Of a stretch of DNA of 64,000 nt, positions 1 to 9,079 are shown in pieces. The notes beneath the pieces are model-generated. The model ran no database searches. It was not told where the DNA came from and was given only the letters and a program-made list of their open reading frames with translations. Position 1 is the first letter of the stretch. Each line of letters begins with the position of its first letter. The translations under genes were made by a program, and so were the position numbers. The DNA is from Acidobacteriota bacterium. Lineage in GTDB: Bacteria > Acidobacteriota > UBA6911 > RPQK01 > JAJDTT01. The stretch covers positions 3,680,001 to 3,744,000 of the forward strand of contig OZ253580.1 in assembly GCA_965263035.1 (NCBI GenBank). The letters run 5' to 3'.

Positions 1-685
1 CGCTCATGCGGCCGGACTGCACTGCCAGGGGCGAAGTCGTGTAGGTGGCGGCTGCCGGGTGCAACGTGGGGTCGCCGACGGCGAGTCGACTGATTTTCCG
101 GGCCGCCGACAGGTATCTTTCCAAGAGCAGCGGAGAGAAAGAGAGGGCGTCGGAGATGTTGTCGAACCCGTACGCCAGGTCGTCGGACGGCAGCAGCGAT
201 GGACCGTCGATCTCCAGCGCCAGCAGGTCCCGGACCGCGTTGGCGTACTGGGTGCGGGTCAAGCGGTAGGACGCCGGACGGCCCGGGTTGGGATCGCTCT
301 CCGCCGCCCGGTCGAGCGCGGACTCCAGCCAAGAGCTGAACGCCGAGCGGTCATCTGCCGTCGGAAGCGGCATTCCCTCAGGCGGCATCACCCTGGTCCT
401 GAGCTGGCGAACCACCTTCTCCCAGACCGGGGCGTCGCCACCGACCCGAGCCAGGTCCAAACTGTCGAACTCGACTCCGGCGGTCTTGAGTTGCCGGTTG
501 TGACAGCTGACGCAGTAGCGATCCAGGAGGGTCCGGTAAGGGGGTAGCGACGGTGGGACAGAGGTGGGGGAATGCAGCCTGAGTCCGGCGCTGGGGCTGC
601 CGGAAACTCCCTTGCCTGCGGCCTGGGACTGAGGGGCCCCGGCCAGGGAGAGTCCCAGACAGGCGATGATGATCCTGGAGTTCAT
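1..685 (-). CDS. DUF1592/DUF1587-type (Planctomycete cytochrome c / PSD) protein, N-terminal part; runs off the left edge
   Basis: Manual translation from ATG 685 (absent from the ORF track): signal peptide, YCVSCH haem motif, WEKVVRQLRTRVMPP, RLTRTQYANAVRDLL, GFDN motifs. Confidence 0.8.
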   Translation of the reverse strand, partial: MNSRIIIACLGLSLAGAPQSQAAGKGVSGSPSAGLRLHSPTSVPPSLPPYRTLLDRYCVSCHNRQLKTAGVEFDSLDLARVGGDAPVWEKVVRQLRTRVMPPEGMPLPTADDRSAFSSWLESALDRAAESDPNPGRPASYRLTRTQYANAVRDLLALEIDGPSLLPSDDLAYGFDNISDALSFSPLLLERYLSAARKISRLAVGDPTLHPAAATYTTSPLAVQSGRMS

Positions 686-766
686 GAATTCGCGACCGGC
701 TGTTTTCAAAGTATTATGGCGACGGGCTGCGACGGTCTGCAAGCACTTCGCAAGGGTCCGACTGGG

Positions 767-2317
767 ATGAAATTCAATCCAAACAGAAGCCGCGGCGCCC
801 GCTTCCACTGGCCGCCCATGGGATCAGGGTTACATTCCCTCGGTCTTTCGGTTCTGGTGTTCCTCGTGCTGTTACCCGATTTTCCAGCGGCGGCCGGGCC
901 ATCCCGGAACCCGGCCGCCGGAGGCCGGGTGTCCCCGTATCGTCTGGTGGAGGCCGCCAAGTCGGGTGACGACGAGGCTTTGCGGTCCCTGCTGGCCGCG
1001 CATGCGGACGTGAACGAGCGTCAGGCCGACGGCGCCACGGCACTGCATTGGGCGGCCCATCGGGACGACCTGAAGAACGCGGTTCTGCTGATCGAGGCCG
1101 GAGCCGATGTTAGGGCCTCCAACGAACTTGAAGTGAGTCCCCTGTGGCTGGCCTGCGTCAACGGGAGCGCCTCCATGGTGAGGGTTCTGCTTGGAGCCGG
1201 GGCCGATCCCAACGCCGCGCCCGCCAGCGGCGAGACCCCTCTCATGCATGCCGCCCGCAGCGGTTCGACGGACGCAGTCAAGCTTTTGCTACTGCATGGC
1301 GCTGACGTGAACGCCAAAACCCCTTTGGAAGACCAGACGGCGCTGATGTGGGCTCTATCGGAGAAGCATGCAGAAGTTTCCCGCACCTTGATCGAACATG
1401 GTGCAGAGGTTTCCGCACGTTCCAAGTTCGGCTTCACGCCTCTGCTGTTTGCCGCTCGCGTCGGCGATCTCGACGGTGCCCGAGCCTTGTTGGCGGCAGG
1501 AGTGGACCCGAATGTGACGGCTTCCGGCGGTGAGAGTGCGCTGGTGGTGGCGACCGTGCGCGGTCACGTGCCGTTTGCGCTCTGGCTGCTGGAACAGGGG
1601 GCGGACCCGAACTCCGACGGCTCGGGATACACGGCTCTGCACTGGGCCGCCGGCGCCTGGGAAACCGAGATGACCGGTCCCAAGGGGATCGTGGCGCATC
1701 CCGGCCACGAGTGGGACGCCATGCGAGGCTTGCAGGAGGGCAAGCTGGAACTGGTTCATGCGCTGTTGGCGCGGGGAGCGGACCCCGACGCCCGGCTCCT
1801 GAAGCACCCTCCCCGGTTCGGCTACACAGCCGACCGGCAGCGGCCGGCGGGGGCGACCCCCTTCCTGCTGGCGGCCAGGGCCGGAGACGCCGGCGTCATG
1901 CAGGTTCTGGTGAAGGCGGGCGCCTCTCCCCGGCTCGCAGCCGACGACATGACGACGACTCTGATGGCGGCAGCCGGGGTGGGCCGAAACTTGACCGAGA
2001 GCCGGGTGACTGAAGAACAGACGCTGCGTGCGGTCCGGCTCGCCCTGGAATTGGGAGCCGACGTGAATGCCGCCAACCGGGACGGGGACACGGCTCTGCA
2101 CGGTGCCGCCCGCATCAAATCCCCCGCTCTGGTGCAACTGGTCGTTGACCACGGCGCCGAGGTGAACGTGAGCAACCGGAAGGGACAGACGCCGCTGTTC
2201 GTGGCCCGGCACTATTTCCATCCCGGCTCTCCGCCGCTCCCGGTCCCAAGCGAGACCGCGGATCTGCTGCGCCGGCTGGGCGCCGAAGAAACGTTTTCTG
2301 AGGGAGTTACGGAATGA
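767..2317 (+). CDS. Secreted ankyrin-repeat protein
   Basis: Many ankyrin repeats (GATALHWAA, GETPLMHAA, GFTPLLFAA, GDTALHGAA); hydrophobic signal near N-terminus; start uncertain (767 or 818). Confidence 0.9.
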   Translation: MKFNPNRSRGARFHWPPMGSGLHSLGLSVLVFLVLLPDFPAAAGPSRNPAAGGRVSPYRLVEAAKSGDDEALRSLLAAHADVNERQADGATALHWAAHRDDLKNAVLLIEAGADVRASNELEVSPLWLACVNGSASMVRVLLGAGADPNAAPASGETPLMHAARSGSTDAVKLLLLHGADVNAKTPLEDQTALMWALSEKHAEVSRTLIEHGAEVSARSKFGFTPLLFAARVGDLDGARALLAAGVDPNVTASGGESALVVATVRGHVPFALWLLEQGADPNSDGSGYTALHWAAGAWETEMTGPKGIVAHPGHEWDAMRGLQEGKLELVHALLARGADPDARLLKHPPRFGYTADRQRPAGATPFLLAARAGDAGVMQVLVKAGASPRLAADDMTTTLMAAAGVGRNLTESRVTEEQTLRAVRLALELGADVNAANRDGDTALHGAARIKSPALVQLVVDHGAEVNVSNRKGQTPLFVARHYFHPGSPPLPVPSETADLLRRLGAEETFSEGVTE

Positions 2318-2464
2318 AGCTATCCCACCGGACGGGGTCGGACGAAGTCATGGGAGAAACAGGTGCCCGGTCCCCGTTTTCGGCATAGTCATGCATCCAG
2401 CCTCCGCAGGTAAGTCCAAGCGAGAACGGACGGTCTCGTATCCCGCCGTTTCAAAGAACCCTCA

Positions 2465-2978
2465 CTATGGGTTGGACATGCGCATCAGACGTCGGTCTCG
2501 TCGATCGTCGAGAATTCGCTTCAGGTACTTATGTCTCTCCTTGGGGTCCATCTTGAAGGCTTGCCTCAACGCCCGCCCAAAGCTGCCAGCCTTCTTCAGT
2601 TCCACCAGCATGCGATTCTCGATCCTCCCGTCTCTTGGCTTGTAGCTGTCGATTCTAGCTTTCCGGTGGGAGTAAGCCTTGTAGAACTCATCCATCGTCA
2701 TCCCTTTTGCCTCGGCCTCGACCTCGGCCCACATGAGATCTTGGACGTGGCTTGCCTGATGGGGATCCAGGAGCCTGCGCCGCAGAAATTGATCTACTGC
2801 GAAAGCGGTAGAATCGGTCCATATTTCCCCGATTTCTCGGCGAATAGAACAACTATGCACCTCAAAATCGAGAAAATCTGGACTCGATTCCCCACTTTCT
2901 CGCTACGATCATTTCTACCGCGCAGACTCCTGGCACCATCAAGATGATCAGCTCAGCCTTGCCGAGATTTTTCTGCAT
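2465..2978 (-). pseudogene. Small basic hypothetical protein interrupted by a MITE
   Basis: AAGGAGG RBS then ATG 2978 (MQKNLGKAELIILMV); removing MITE 2771-2929 plus one 4-bp flank restores the frame into LDPHQASH...MSNP*. Confidence 0.6.
2771..2929 (-). mobile_element. 159-bp MITE, copy 1
   Basis: Near-identical to 20637-20795 and 51707-51865 in reverse orientation; TIRs GAGTCTGCGCGGTAGAAAT / GAGCCTGCGCCGCAGAAAT; flanks CCAG and CTGG. Confidence 0.9.
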
Positions 2979-3110
2979 GTGGACCTCCTTTCGATGCTCT
3001 TGGGCCTCGCATCCGGACCCACGCTGGTTTCGACGCGCCCTTTTTGTCTGATCAATAGCGTCGACGGTCTAGTCGCGCCGGGATGTACTGATCGAATTTC
3101 AGCAAACGCG

Positions 3111-3148
3111 CTCCCGAACGGAGGCGCTTCCGTCCCTCCGTTCGGGAG
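3111..3148. terminator. Strong hairpin downstream of the recombinase gene
   Basis: 14-bp arms CTCCCGAACGGAGG / CCTCCGTTCGGGAG; no clear U-tract. Confidence 0.5.
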
Positions 3149-3180
3149 ACCTCCGCCGCTCCGTCGTATGCACAGGGCCT

Positions 3181-4164
3181 TCAGACGGAGATCCGCTCGA
3201 CGAGGTTGCGGGAGACGCGCCGGCGGCGCCGGTCGTAGACCTGGGTGGTGCTGGGGTGGGCGTGCCCGGCCAGGTACTGGACGTCCTCGAGCGGCACATT
3301 CTGACTCAGCAGGTCCGTGACCACCAGGACGCGGAACGAGTGGGACGAGAGGATCTTCGGCAACCCGGCGGCCGCCATGCGCCGCTTGAGCATCCGCTGG
3401 ACGGCGGGAGGCGACATCGCCCGATCGGTGAGCGGGCTGGAGCGTCGCTCTCCCGCCCGAAAGAGCGGCGAGGACTGGGGCGCATCCGTCAGGCCGGCCC
3501 CTTCGAGGTAGGCCGCGATCCACTCGTCCAAGTCGTGACGCACCGGGATCTCCCGGGACTTGCCCCCTTTTTCCGAAAACTGCAGCGACCGGTGGTTGCC
3601 GTTGTCGCGAAGATCCTGCATCCGCAGCCGGCTGATGGCCCCGACCCGGGCGCCGGTGTAGATGAGCGTCCCGAGGACCGCCCGGTCCCGGAGCCCGAAC
3701 ACACGATCCGTCTTGATGGAGGCGAGCAGCTGACGGGCCTGGGCGACGGTCGCCTCGGGCGTGCGGCCCTCCCCGAAGGGATGGCGCATCCCGCGAACCA
3801 GCCGAAAGGGATTCAATACGGCAGCATGCCGGGCGACGAGCACATCAAAAAAATGCCGCAGTCCGGCCAGGGCCTGGTTCTTGGTGGACGCGCCGCCGGG
3901 GAGCTGTTCGAGGAACCGGCCGGCCAAGCCGGGCGTGACTTGGTGGAGCTCCAGGTCCTGGTCCTCGCACCAGTTGAGGAACCGACTCACGTGGCGGGCG
4001 TAGGCGGTCCGAGTGTGGGGATTCGAGAGGCGCGCGGAGAAGAACTCATCGGCCGCGAAGCAGGCCGCCTTGCCGGCACGCACGAGGACGGCCGGGAAGG
4101 TCCCTTCGAGGTCGGTTTCGGCCCGCGAATCCGAGGTTCTGAGCACCAGTTCCTGATCAGCCAT
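3181..4164 (-). CDS. Tyrosine recombinase (phage-integrase/XerCD superfamily)
   Basis: Catalytic set visible: TGARVG (R), EKGGK (K), HSFR (HxxR), LAGH (H), TQVYDR (Y); N-terminal NPHTRTAY core-binding segment; no obvious IntI-specific insertion. Confidence 0.95.
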   Translation of the reverse strand: MADQELVLRTSDSRAETDLEGTFPAVLVRAGKAACFAADEFFSARLSNPHTRTAYARHVSRFLNWCEDQDLELHQVTPGLAGRFLEQLPGGASTKNQALAGLRHFFDVLVARHAAVLNPFRLVRGMRHPFGEGRTPEATVAQARQLLASIKTDRVFGLRDRAVLGTLIYTGARVGAISRLRMQDLRDNGNHRSLQFSEKGGKSREIPVRHDLDEWIAAYLEGAGLTDAPQSSPLFRAGERRSSPLTDRAMSPPAVQRMLKRRMAAAGLPKILSSHSFRVLVVTDLLSQNVPLEDVQYLAGHAHPSTTQVYDRRRRRVSRNLVERISV

Positions 4165-4168
4165 AATA

Positions 4169-4196
4169 GATAAGTATAATATCCTTTATCGTAATC
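4169..4196. promoter_or_regulatory. Recombinase-proximal palindromic site (A0) overlapping the likely recombinase promoter
   Basis: TATAA-TATCCT-TTATCGTAATC; right arm identical to that of site 10987-11015; TATACT on the minus strand lies 8 nt before the ATG with no RBS. Confidence 0.65.
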
Positions 4197-4273
4197 TACG
4201 GCAGGCCTCTGACTCCCCATTCTCTGCACCGGACGGGCGCTTTTCCTTCCCCTCGCTTCCCCACTTGGTGAAC

Positions 4274-5332
4274 TTATTCTGACGAGATAATCACATCTCC
4301 TGATGTGGAGCGGACGGATGTGAAGGTGGTCTTGCCGTTTTTGAAGGTGACCACTTCTCGCTTGCCGGATGGGTCCTGAGTGACCCAGCGCCCGTGCCGC
4401 TTCCCCTCCACATACGAGCCTTCGTGGACCGCTCCATCCGCACTGCGGACAATCCACTGTCCGTGTCTCTTCCCCTCGACATGGGGGCCTTCGGAGACAG
4501 CTCCATTCTCGTAGCGCGTGATCCACTGACCCTGCCGATTCTTGCCGGCCTCAAGATACCCGGTCTCTTCCGCAGTCTCCTTGCCTCTGCCTCTGTCCCA
4601 GACCCATTTGAGGGTTCCCTGCCCTTGGGCCAGGTCCCCGGCACACTCGCCCGTCCAGGTCACGGTCTGGTCCGGCAGGAGGAAACCATTCCAGACGTAG
4701 CATCCTGGCGGGTTTGACAACTCCATCCAGCACTCAGTGCCGCCCCACTGGCCGGCACAGGAAAGCCGTCCAGTGGTTGTAAATGAGGGCGGGCGGCAAT
4801 CCTCCTCGTTCACCCGCCGGTACTCCTCCAGGAACCAGTCGAGGTCGGAGGTCAGCACTTCGCTGATGCGTTCGGGATCGTGGGCACCGCAACACTCGAC
4901 CGAGCTGATTCTCCACGTGGGCGCCATGTTCTCCAATCCGCTGGCGGGATCGGTGACGAGCTTGTGGTATTCGAGAGAGATAGCATGTGCCACGAGCTCG
5001 GGGGAGACCGCCCTGACATCGATGGAGACCTTCAGGAACGCTCCGTTCGACTCGCTTTTCAAGGATGAGGAGAGACGCTCTGCCCGCAAGCGGCTTTTGG
5101 CGACGTCCAGAACGGGACTTAGTTGGATTGCCTCCTCAGGTTCCGCCGCGCCGGCATCTATCGACCCGCCGCCACCGCCTCCCAGTCCCATGGGGCGGCA
5201 GGCGTTGTACAACTGGAAGCGCTCGAGATCCGAGGCGGATTGTCCGCTCACATCCGTCGCAGAAACCAGCAGCAGCGCCACCAGGCCCGCCGCAACTCCT
5301 CGGAACCCCCGGTTGCCGTTTCTCATTCTCAT
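4274..5332 (-). CDS. Secreted protein with C-terminal MORN-like repeats
   Basis: RBS GGAGGAG, signal peptide, repeats EGPHVEGKRHGQW and EGSYVEGKRHGRW, TWTGECAGDLAQGQG motif. Confidence 0.75.
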   Translation of the reverse strand: MRMRNGNRGFRGVAAGLVALLLVSATDVSGQSASDLERFQLYNACRPMGLGGGGGGSIDAGAAEPEEAIQLSPVLDVAKSRLRAERLSSSLKSESNGAFLKVSIDVRAVSPELVAHAISLEYHKLVTDPASGLENMAPTWRISSVECCGAHDPERISEVLTSDLDWFLEEYRRVNEEDCRPPSFTTTGRLSCAGQWGGTECWMELSNPPGCYVWNGFLLPDQTVTWTGECAGDLAQGQGTLKWVWDRGRGKETAEETGYLEAGKNRQGQWITRYENGAVSEGPHVEGKRHGQWIVRSADGAVHEGSYVEGKRHGRWVTQDPSGKREVVTFKNGKTTFTSVRSTSGDVIISSE

Positions 5333-5491
5333 GGCATCTCCTCCCCTCGCGGAATACGGCAAGCCTACTCCTCGAGAGCAAAGTCCGCCGACGGGGTCGC
5401 GGATCCGGATCTGGAGGATGCCGCCGGCGAGACCAGCGCCGGGTCCGCGGGTCCCCCAGCTGATTCTGCAAAGAGTTTTCTCCTCAAGAAG

Positions 5492-5515
5492 GTCCGATAA
5501 TTGAAATTAACGGAC
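5492..5515. repeat. Type-B palindromic site (B1)
   Basis: GTCCGATAA-TTGAAA-TTAACGGAC; homologues at 10862-10884 and 11735-11758. Confidence 0.8.
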
Positions 5516-5591
5516 ATCCTGGGGGAAAAGGGAGGATTTCGCCGGTTCTATGGTCCAAGAGAAGCGGACCAAACGCCTCTTGGAGGGGTCT

Positions 5592-5620
5592 GGGTCCAAC
5601 AAGATCAACATATTGGACCC
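5592..5620. repeat. Variant type-A 29-bp site (A1)
   Basis: GGGTCCAACAA-GATCAAC-ATATTGGACCC; same length and flanking context as the other A sites. Confidence 0.65.
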
Positions 5621-5835
5621 TAAACTAAGCCCCTGACTCCTCAGTTTCCGGAGGTGACCGCAGGCAGGAGCCGCCCCCTTCTTTCCCAATCCGGGGATCC
5701 CCTCGGGACCAGAAATGAGGCCAAGACTCGACCCGCCGAGTCGGTGACCCGTACTACAATTCGGCCAGAAGGAGCTCCCCAGCATCATTGAATACTGTCG
5801 AAGGCCAAACCTTCTGCCGGGAGGAACCATTCCGG

Positions 5836-8700
5836 ATGTCAGTACACACCCTAAAGATCGAACATCCTCGCCGATTGCGATCCACGACCTCGATGCTAAC
5901 CGTAACTTTGGGCTTGATTCTGCTGGCCGTACCGGAGAAAGCCATGGCTCAGATCGTCCCCGTCTGCGACCGGACCCCGGAAGTACGCGACGGCATCGTG
6001 GGGAAGATTCCGGACGTTTCCGATTGCGGTGATGTGACAGAGGCACATCTGGCTGTGATCAAAGGCTTCCTCGATCTGGCAGGTCCGCACAAGTTTTGGG
6101 GTCTTCCCAGCGGCCTCGAGAGCCCCATTCCAGAGTTGAAATCGGGGGATTTTTCCGGACTATCTTCGTTGGAAGGACTCCGGTTGCAGTACAATGACCT
6201 GACGACTCTACCGCCAGGCCTCTTCGACGGGCTGTCCTCCCTGAAGACGCTCGGGCTGAGCCGCAATCTACTGACGAACCTGCCGGCCGGAATTTTTTCC
6301 GGGCTCACTGGGCTGGAGACACTTACTCTGCCCCTTCATTACAACGACCGTCTCCCCCTGTCCGGTGACCTTTTCTCCGGGCTCACTGGGCTGGATACTC
6401 TCTGGTTGTCCTTGGTCGGGTACAACGACCTGATCCCTCTGCCCGATGAGATCTTCTCCAGACTCACCGCGCTACAATCGCTCACTCTGCACGTCGCGGA
6501 TCGGAGCACTCTGCCCGATGACCTCTTCTCCCAATTGTCCACACTAAAAAGGCTCTATCTGGGTTACAACGACCTGACCACACTGCCGGACGGGGTCTTC
6601 GCCGGGCTGTCCTCGCTGGAGGAGCTCAACCTTTTAGACAACGACCTGGCTACACTGCCGGACGGGATCTTTGCGGGGCTGTCCTCGCTGGAGGAACTCA
6701 ACCTTTTAGACAACGCCCTGACCACACTGCCGGACGGGATCTTTGCCGGGCTGTCCTCGCTGGAGGGGCTCGATCTGAGTGGTAACGACCTGACCACACT
6801 GCCGGACGGGATCTTTGCCGGGCTGTCCTCGCTGGAAACGCTCTCGCTGCATGGCAACGCCCTGACCACACTGCCGGACGGGATCTTTGCCGGGCTGTCC
6901 TCGCTGGAAACGCTCTATCTGCGGGGCAACGACCTGACCACACTGCCGGACGGGATCTTTGCCGGGCTGTCCTCGCTGGAGAGGCTCTCGCTGTCTCGAA
7001 ACCGGCGCCCACTGACCACGATGATTTCGCTGGAATTCGCCGGGGAAGGCCGGTTCAGAGCCCGGTCGCACACGGGAGCGCTCTTCGATATCGTGCTTCC
7101 GATCACCATTGTAAACGGCGTCATCGACGGAGGTTCAAGCCAAATCACCATTCCCAGGGGCAGCGTGGAAAGCGCCACATTCACAGTCTCCCGGGATCCT
7201 GGCACGGCCTCTGCCGTCTTCGTGGACATCGGCGAGTTGCCGGGGCTGCCGAACTCCATTTCTACGGACCTCACTCTGGTCAAGTCCCCCAACCTGCCCC
7301 TGACGGTTCTGGAGGCGCCAAGTCTGCACTTCGCCCATTTCGCCAATGGGGAATCCATCACCTCCGAGTTGGTGTTGGTGAACGTGGGCGCCGAACCGAT
7401 CCGTCCGGTCGTCCACTTTCTGGATCGCGGGGGGAATCTCCTGTCCGGCGGATGGCTGGTGGAGATGAGGGAAGGCCTGGAGGTTCAAGAGGACGGCTCG
7501 GTGAGTGTTCAGATGGGCGTGGAACCCTTGGGAGAGATCACGATCTCGACCCACTCTCGAAGGGTGATGGTGTCCGGATCGGTGCGCGTGGAGTCCGACG
7601 GTCCCATCGGCGGGGTCCTCCGCTATGTCGATCCGGGCATCGGCGTTGCCGGGGTGGGAGCGAGTCCACGCGTCCGGGACGCCATCTTCCCGGCTCGAAA
7701 CCAGGCGGGCGGGATCCGCTCAGCGGTCGCGGTCCGCAACCGAGGAGTGGAGTGGATGAGGGTGCAGTGCCAATTGATGCAAGCGGGCGCCGTGCTGGAA
7801 GAGACGAAGATTTCTCTGAAAGGCGACGGGCAGGAGGCCCGGTTTCTCGACGAGTTGTTCCCCGAAACCGACACCTCCGACTTCCTTGGATCGGTGCGCT
7901 GTACTGCCCCGCGCGGCAAGCTTTTTACGGGAGTGGCGGTGGAGATGGATACCGGGAATGGAATCTTCACGACCCTGCCGATGATTCCGGTGGAACCTGC
8001 GGCAGCCGGCGGCGAGGACGGGACGCTGGACTTCGCGCATTTCGGAAACGGGTCGTCCGTTCGATCCGAGTTGGTGTTGGTGAACGTGGGTGCCGAACCG
8101 ATGCGACCAGCCGTCTACTTTTACGATCAGGACGGCTCCGTCATTGCTGCAGAATCGGTAGTGGACGTGGTGGAAGATCTGGAGGTCCGAGAGGACGGGG
8201 CTTTGAGTGTTCGGACGGAAATGGCGGTGCTGAGCGAGCTTACGATCTCGACCCACGGGCGAGGGGAGTTGATGACGGGATCGGTGCGCGTGGTCTCCGA
8301 CGGTCCCATGGGCGGGGTCCTGCGCTTTGACGTCCCAAGCGTGGGGGTGGCCGGGATAGGCGCCTGCCCGCCCGTCACGGCCGCGATGTTCCTGGCCCGG
8401 CGGCAGGAGAACGGGATCAACACCGGAGCTGCGGTCCGAAACCTCGAGTCGGAAGCGATGACGTTGACCTGCGCACTGATGCAGAATGGCCGCATGCTGG
8501 CTGAGACGGAGATCGATCTGAAGGCCGGCGGCCAAGTTGCCCGTTTCATCGACGAGCTCTTCAAGGAGGCCAATACCTCCGACTTCATCGGCTCGGTCCA
8601 CTGCACCGCGCCCCCGGGCGGATCCTTCACGGGAGTGGCTCTGGAGATGGATGCTGACAACCGGATCTTCACCACGCTGCCCATGGTCCCGGTTCCTTGA
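5836..8700 (+). CDS. Secreted leucine-rich-repeat protein with a duplicated C-terminal domain
   Basis: Signal peptide, VCDRTPEVRD..C cap, 24-aa LRRs (NDLTTLPDGIFAGLSSLExLxL), two ~220-aa tandem domains starting LHFAHFANG and LDFAHFGNG. Confidence 0.9.
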   Translation: MSVHTLKIEHPRRLRSTTSMLTVTLGLILLAVPEKAMAQIVPVCDRTPEVRDGIVGKIPDVSDCGDVTEAHLAVIKGFLDLAGPHKFWGLPSGLESPIPELKSGDFSGLSSLEGLRLQYNDLTTLPPGLFDGLSSLKTLGLSRNLLTNLPAGIFSGLTGLETLTLPLHYNDRLPLSGDLFSGLTGLDTLWLSLVGYNDLIPLPDEIFSRLTALQSLTLHVADRSTLPDDLFSQLSTLKRLYLGYNDLTTLPDGVFAGLSSLEELNLLDNDLATLPDGIFAGLSSLEELNLLDNALTTLPDGIFAGLSSLEGLDLSGNDLTTLPDGIFAGLSSLETLSLHGNALTTLPDGIFAGLSSLETLYLRGNDLTTLPDGIFAGLSSLERLSLSRNRRPLTTMISLEFAGEGRFRARSHTGALFDIVLPITIVNGVIDGGSSQITIPRGSVESATFTVSRDPGTASAVFVDIGELPGLPNSISTDLTLVKSPNLPLTVLEAPSLHFAHFANGESITSELVLVNVGAEPIRPVVHFLDRGGNLLSGGWLVEMREGLEVQEDGSVSVQMGVEPLGEITISTHSRRVMVSGSVRVESDGPIGGVLRYVDPGIGVAGVGASPRVRDAIFPARNQAGGIRSAVAVRNRGVEWMRVQCQLMQAGAVLEETKISLKGDGQEARFLDELFPETDTSDFLGSVRCTAPRGKLFTGVAVEMDTGNGIFTTLPMIPVEPAAAGGEDGTLDFAHFGNGSSVRSELVLVNVGAEPMRPAVYFYDQDGSVIAAESVVDVVEDLEVREDGALSVRTEMAVLSELTISTHGRGELMTGSVRVVSDGPMGGVLRFDVPSVGVAGIGACPPVTAAMFLARRQENGINTGAAVRNLESEAMTLTCALMQNGRMLAETEIDLKAGGQVARFIDELFKEANTSDFIGSVHCTAPPGGSFTGVALEMDADNRIFTTLPMVPVP
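6568..6990 (+). repeat. Six near-identical 72-bp LRR-coding tandem repeats
   Basis: Units start at 6568, 6640, 6712, 6784, 6856 and 6928 with AACG(A/C)CCTG..ACACTGCCGGACGGG. Confidence 0.9.
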
Positions 8701-8914
8701 TCACCTGTCAGAGATAGCTTGGGAAACGAGTCCTGCTTCGGAACCTACTCCGGTGACCGGAAGCGGCGATCTCCACAAAAACAGGCAGGAACTAATCTTG
8801 AATTCTCTATAGGAGCAGGGTCTCTGCCCTTACTCTTGGGGGGCCAGGATCAGCCTCGAACTGCCCGGAAACAAGGGTCAGAAGAAGAGGGTCAGGCCCC
8901 TCCAGGAGGTCTCA

Positions 8915-8943
8915 GAGTACGATAATTGCACTTTATCGTACCC
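8915..8943. repeat. Type-A 29-bp site (A2)
   Basis: GAGTACGATAA-TTGCACT-TTATCGTACCC. Confidence 0.9.
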
Positions 8944-9079
8944 TAATCGACCCTCTTGCTACGCGTCTCGGGGCTGGATGCTTGGGTGATCGACTCACCC
9001 TTAGATGCCGTAGCGTTGCCGCTCCGGCTACTTGTAACCGACTACTACCGATCGCATGAACGCATGATATTGTAAGTAG

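Noticed and set aside
6568-6990. LRR repeats as a DGR template/variable pair
   Set aside because: They are in-frame tandem coding repeats, differences are not adenine-specific, and no RT is in the window
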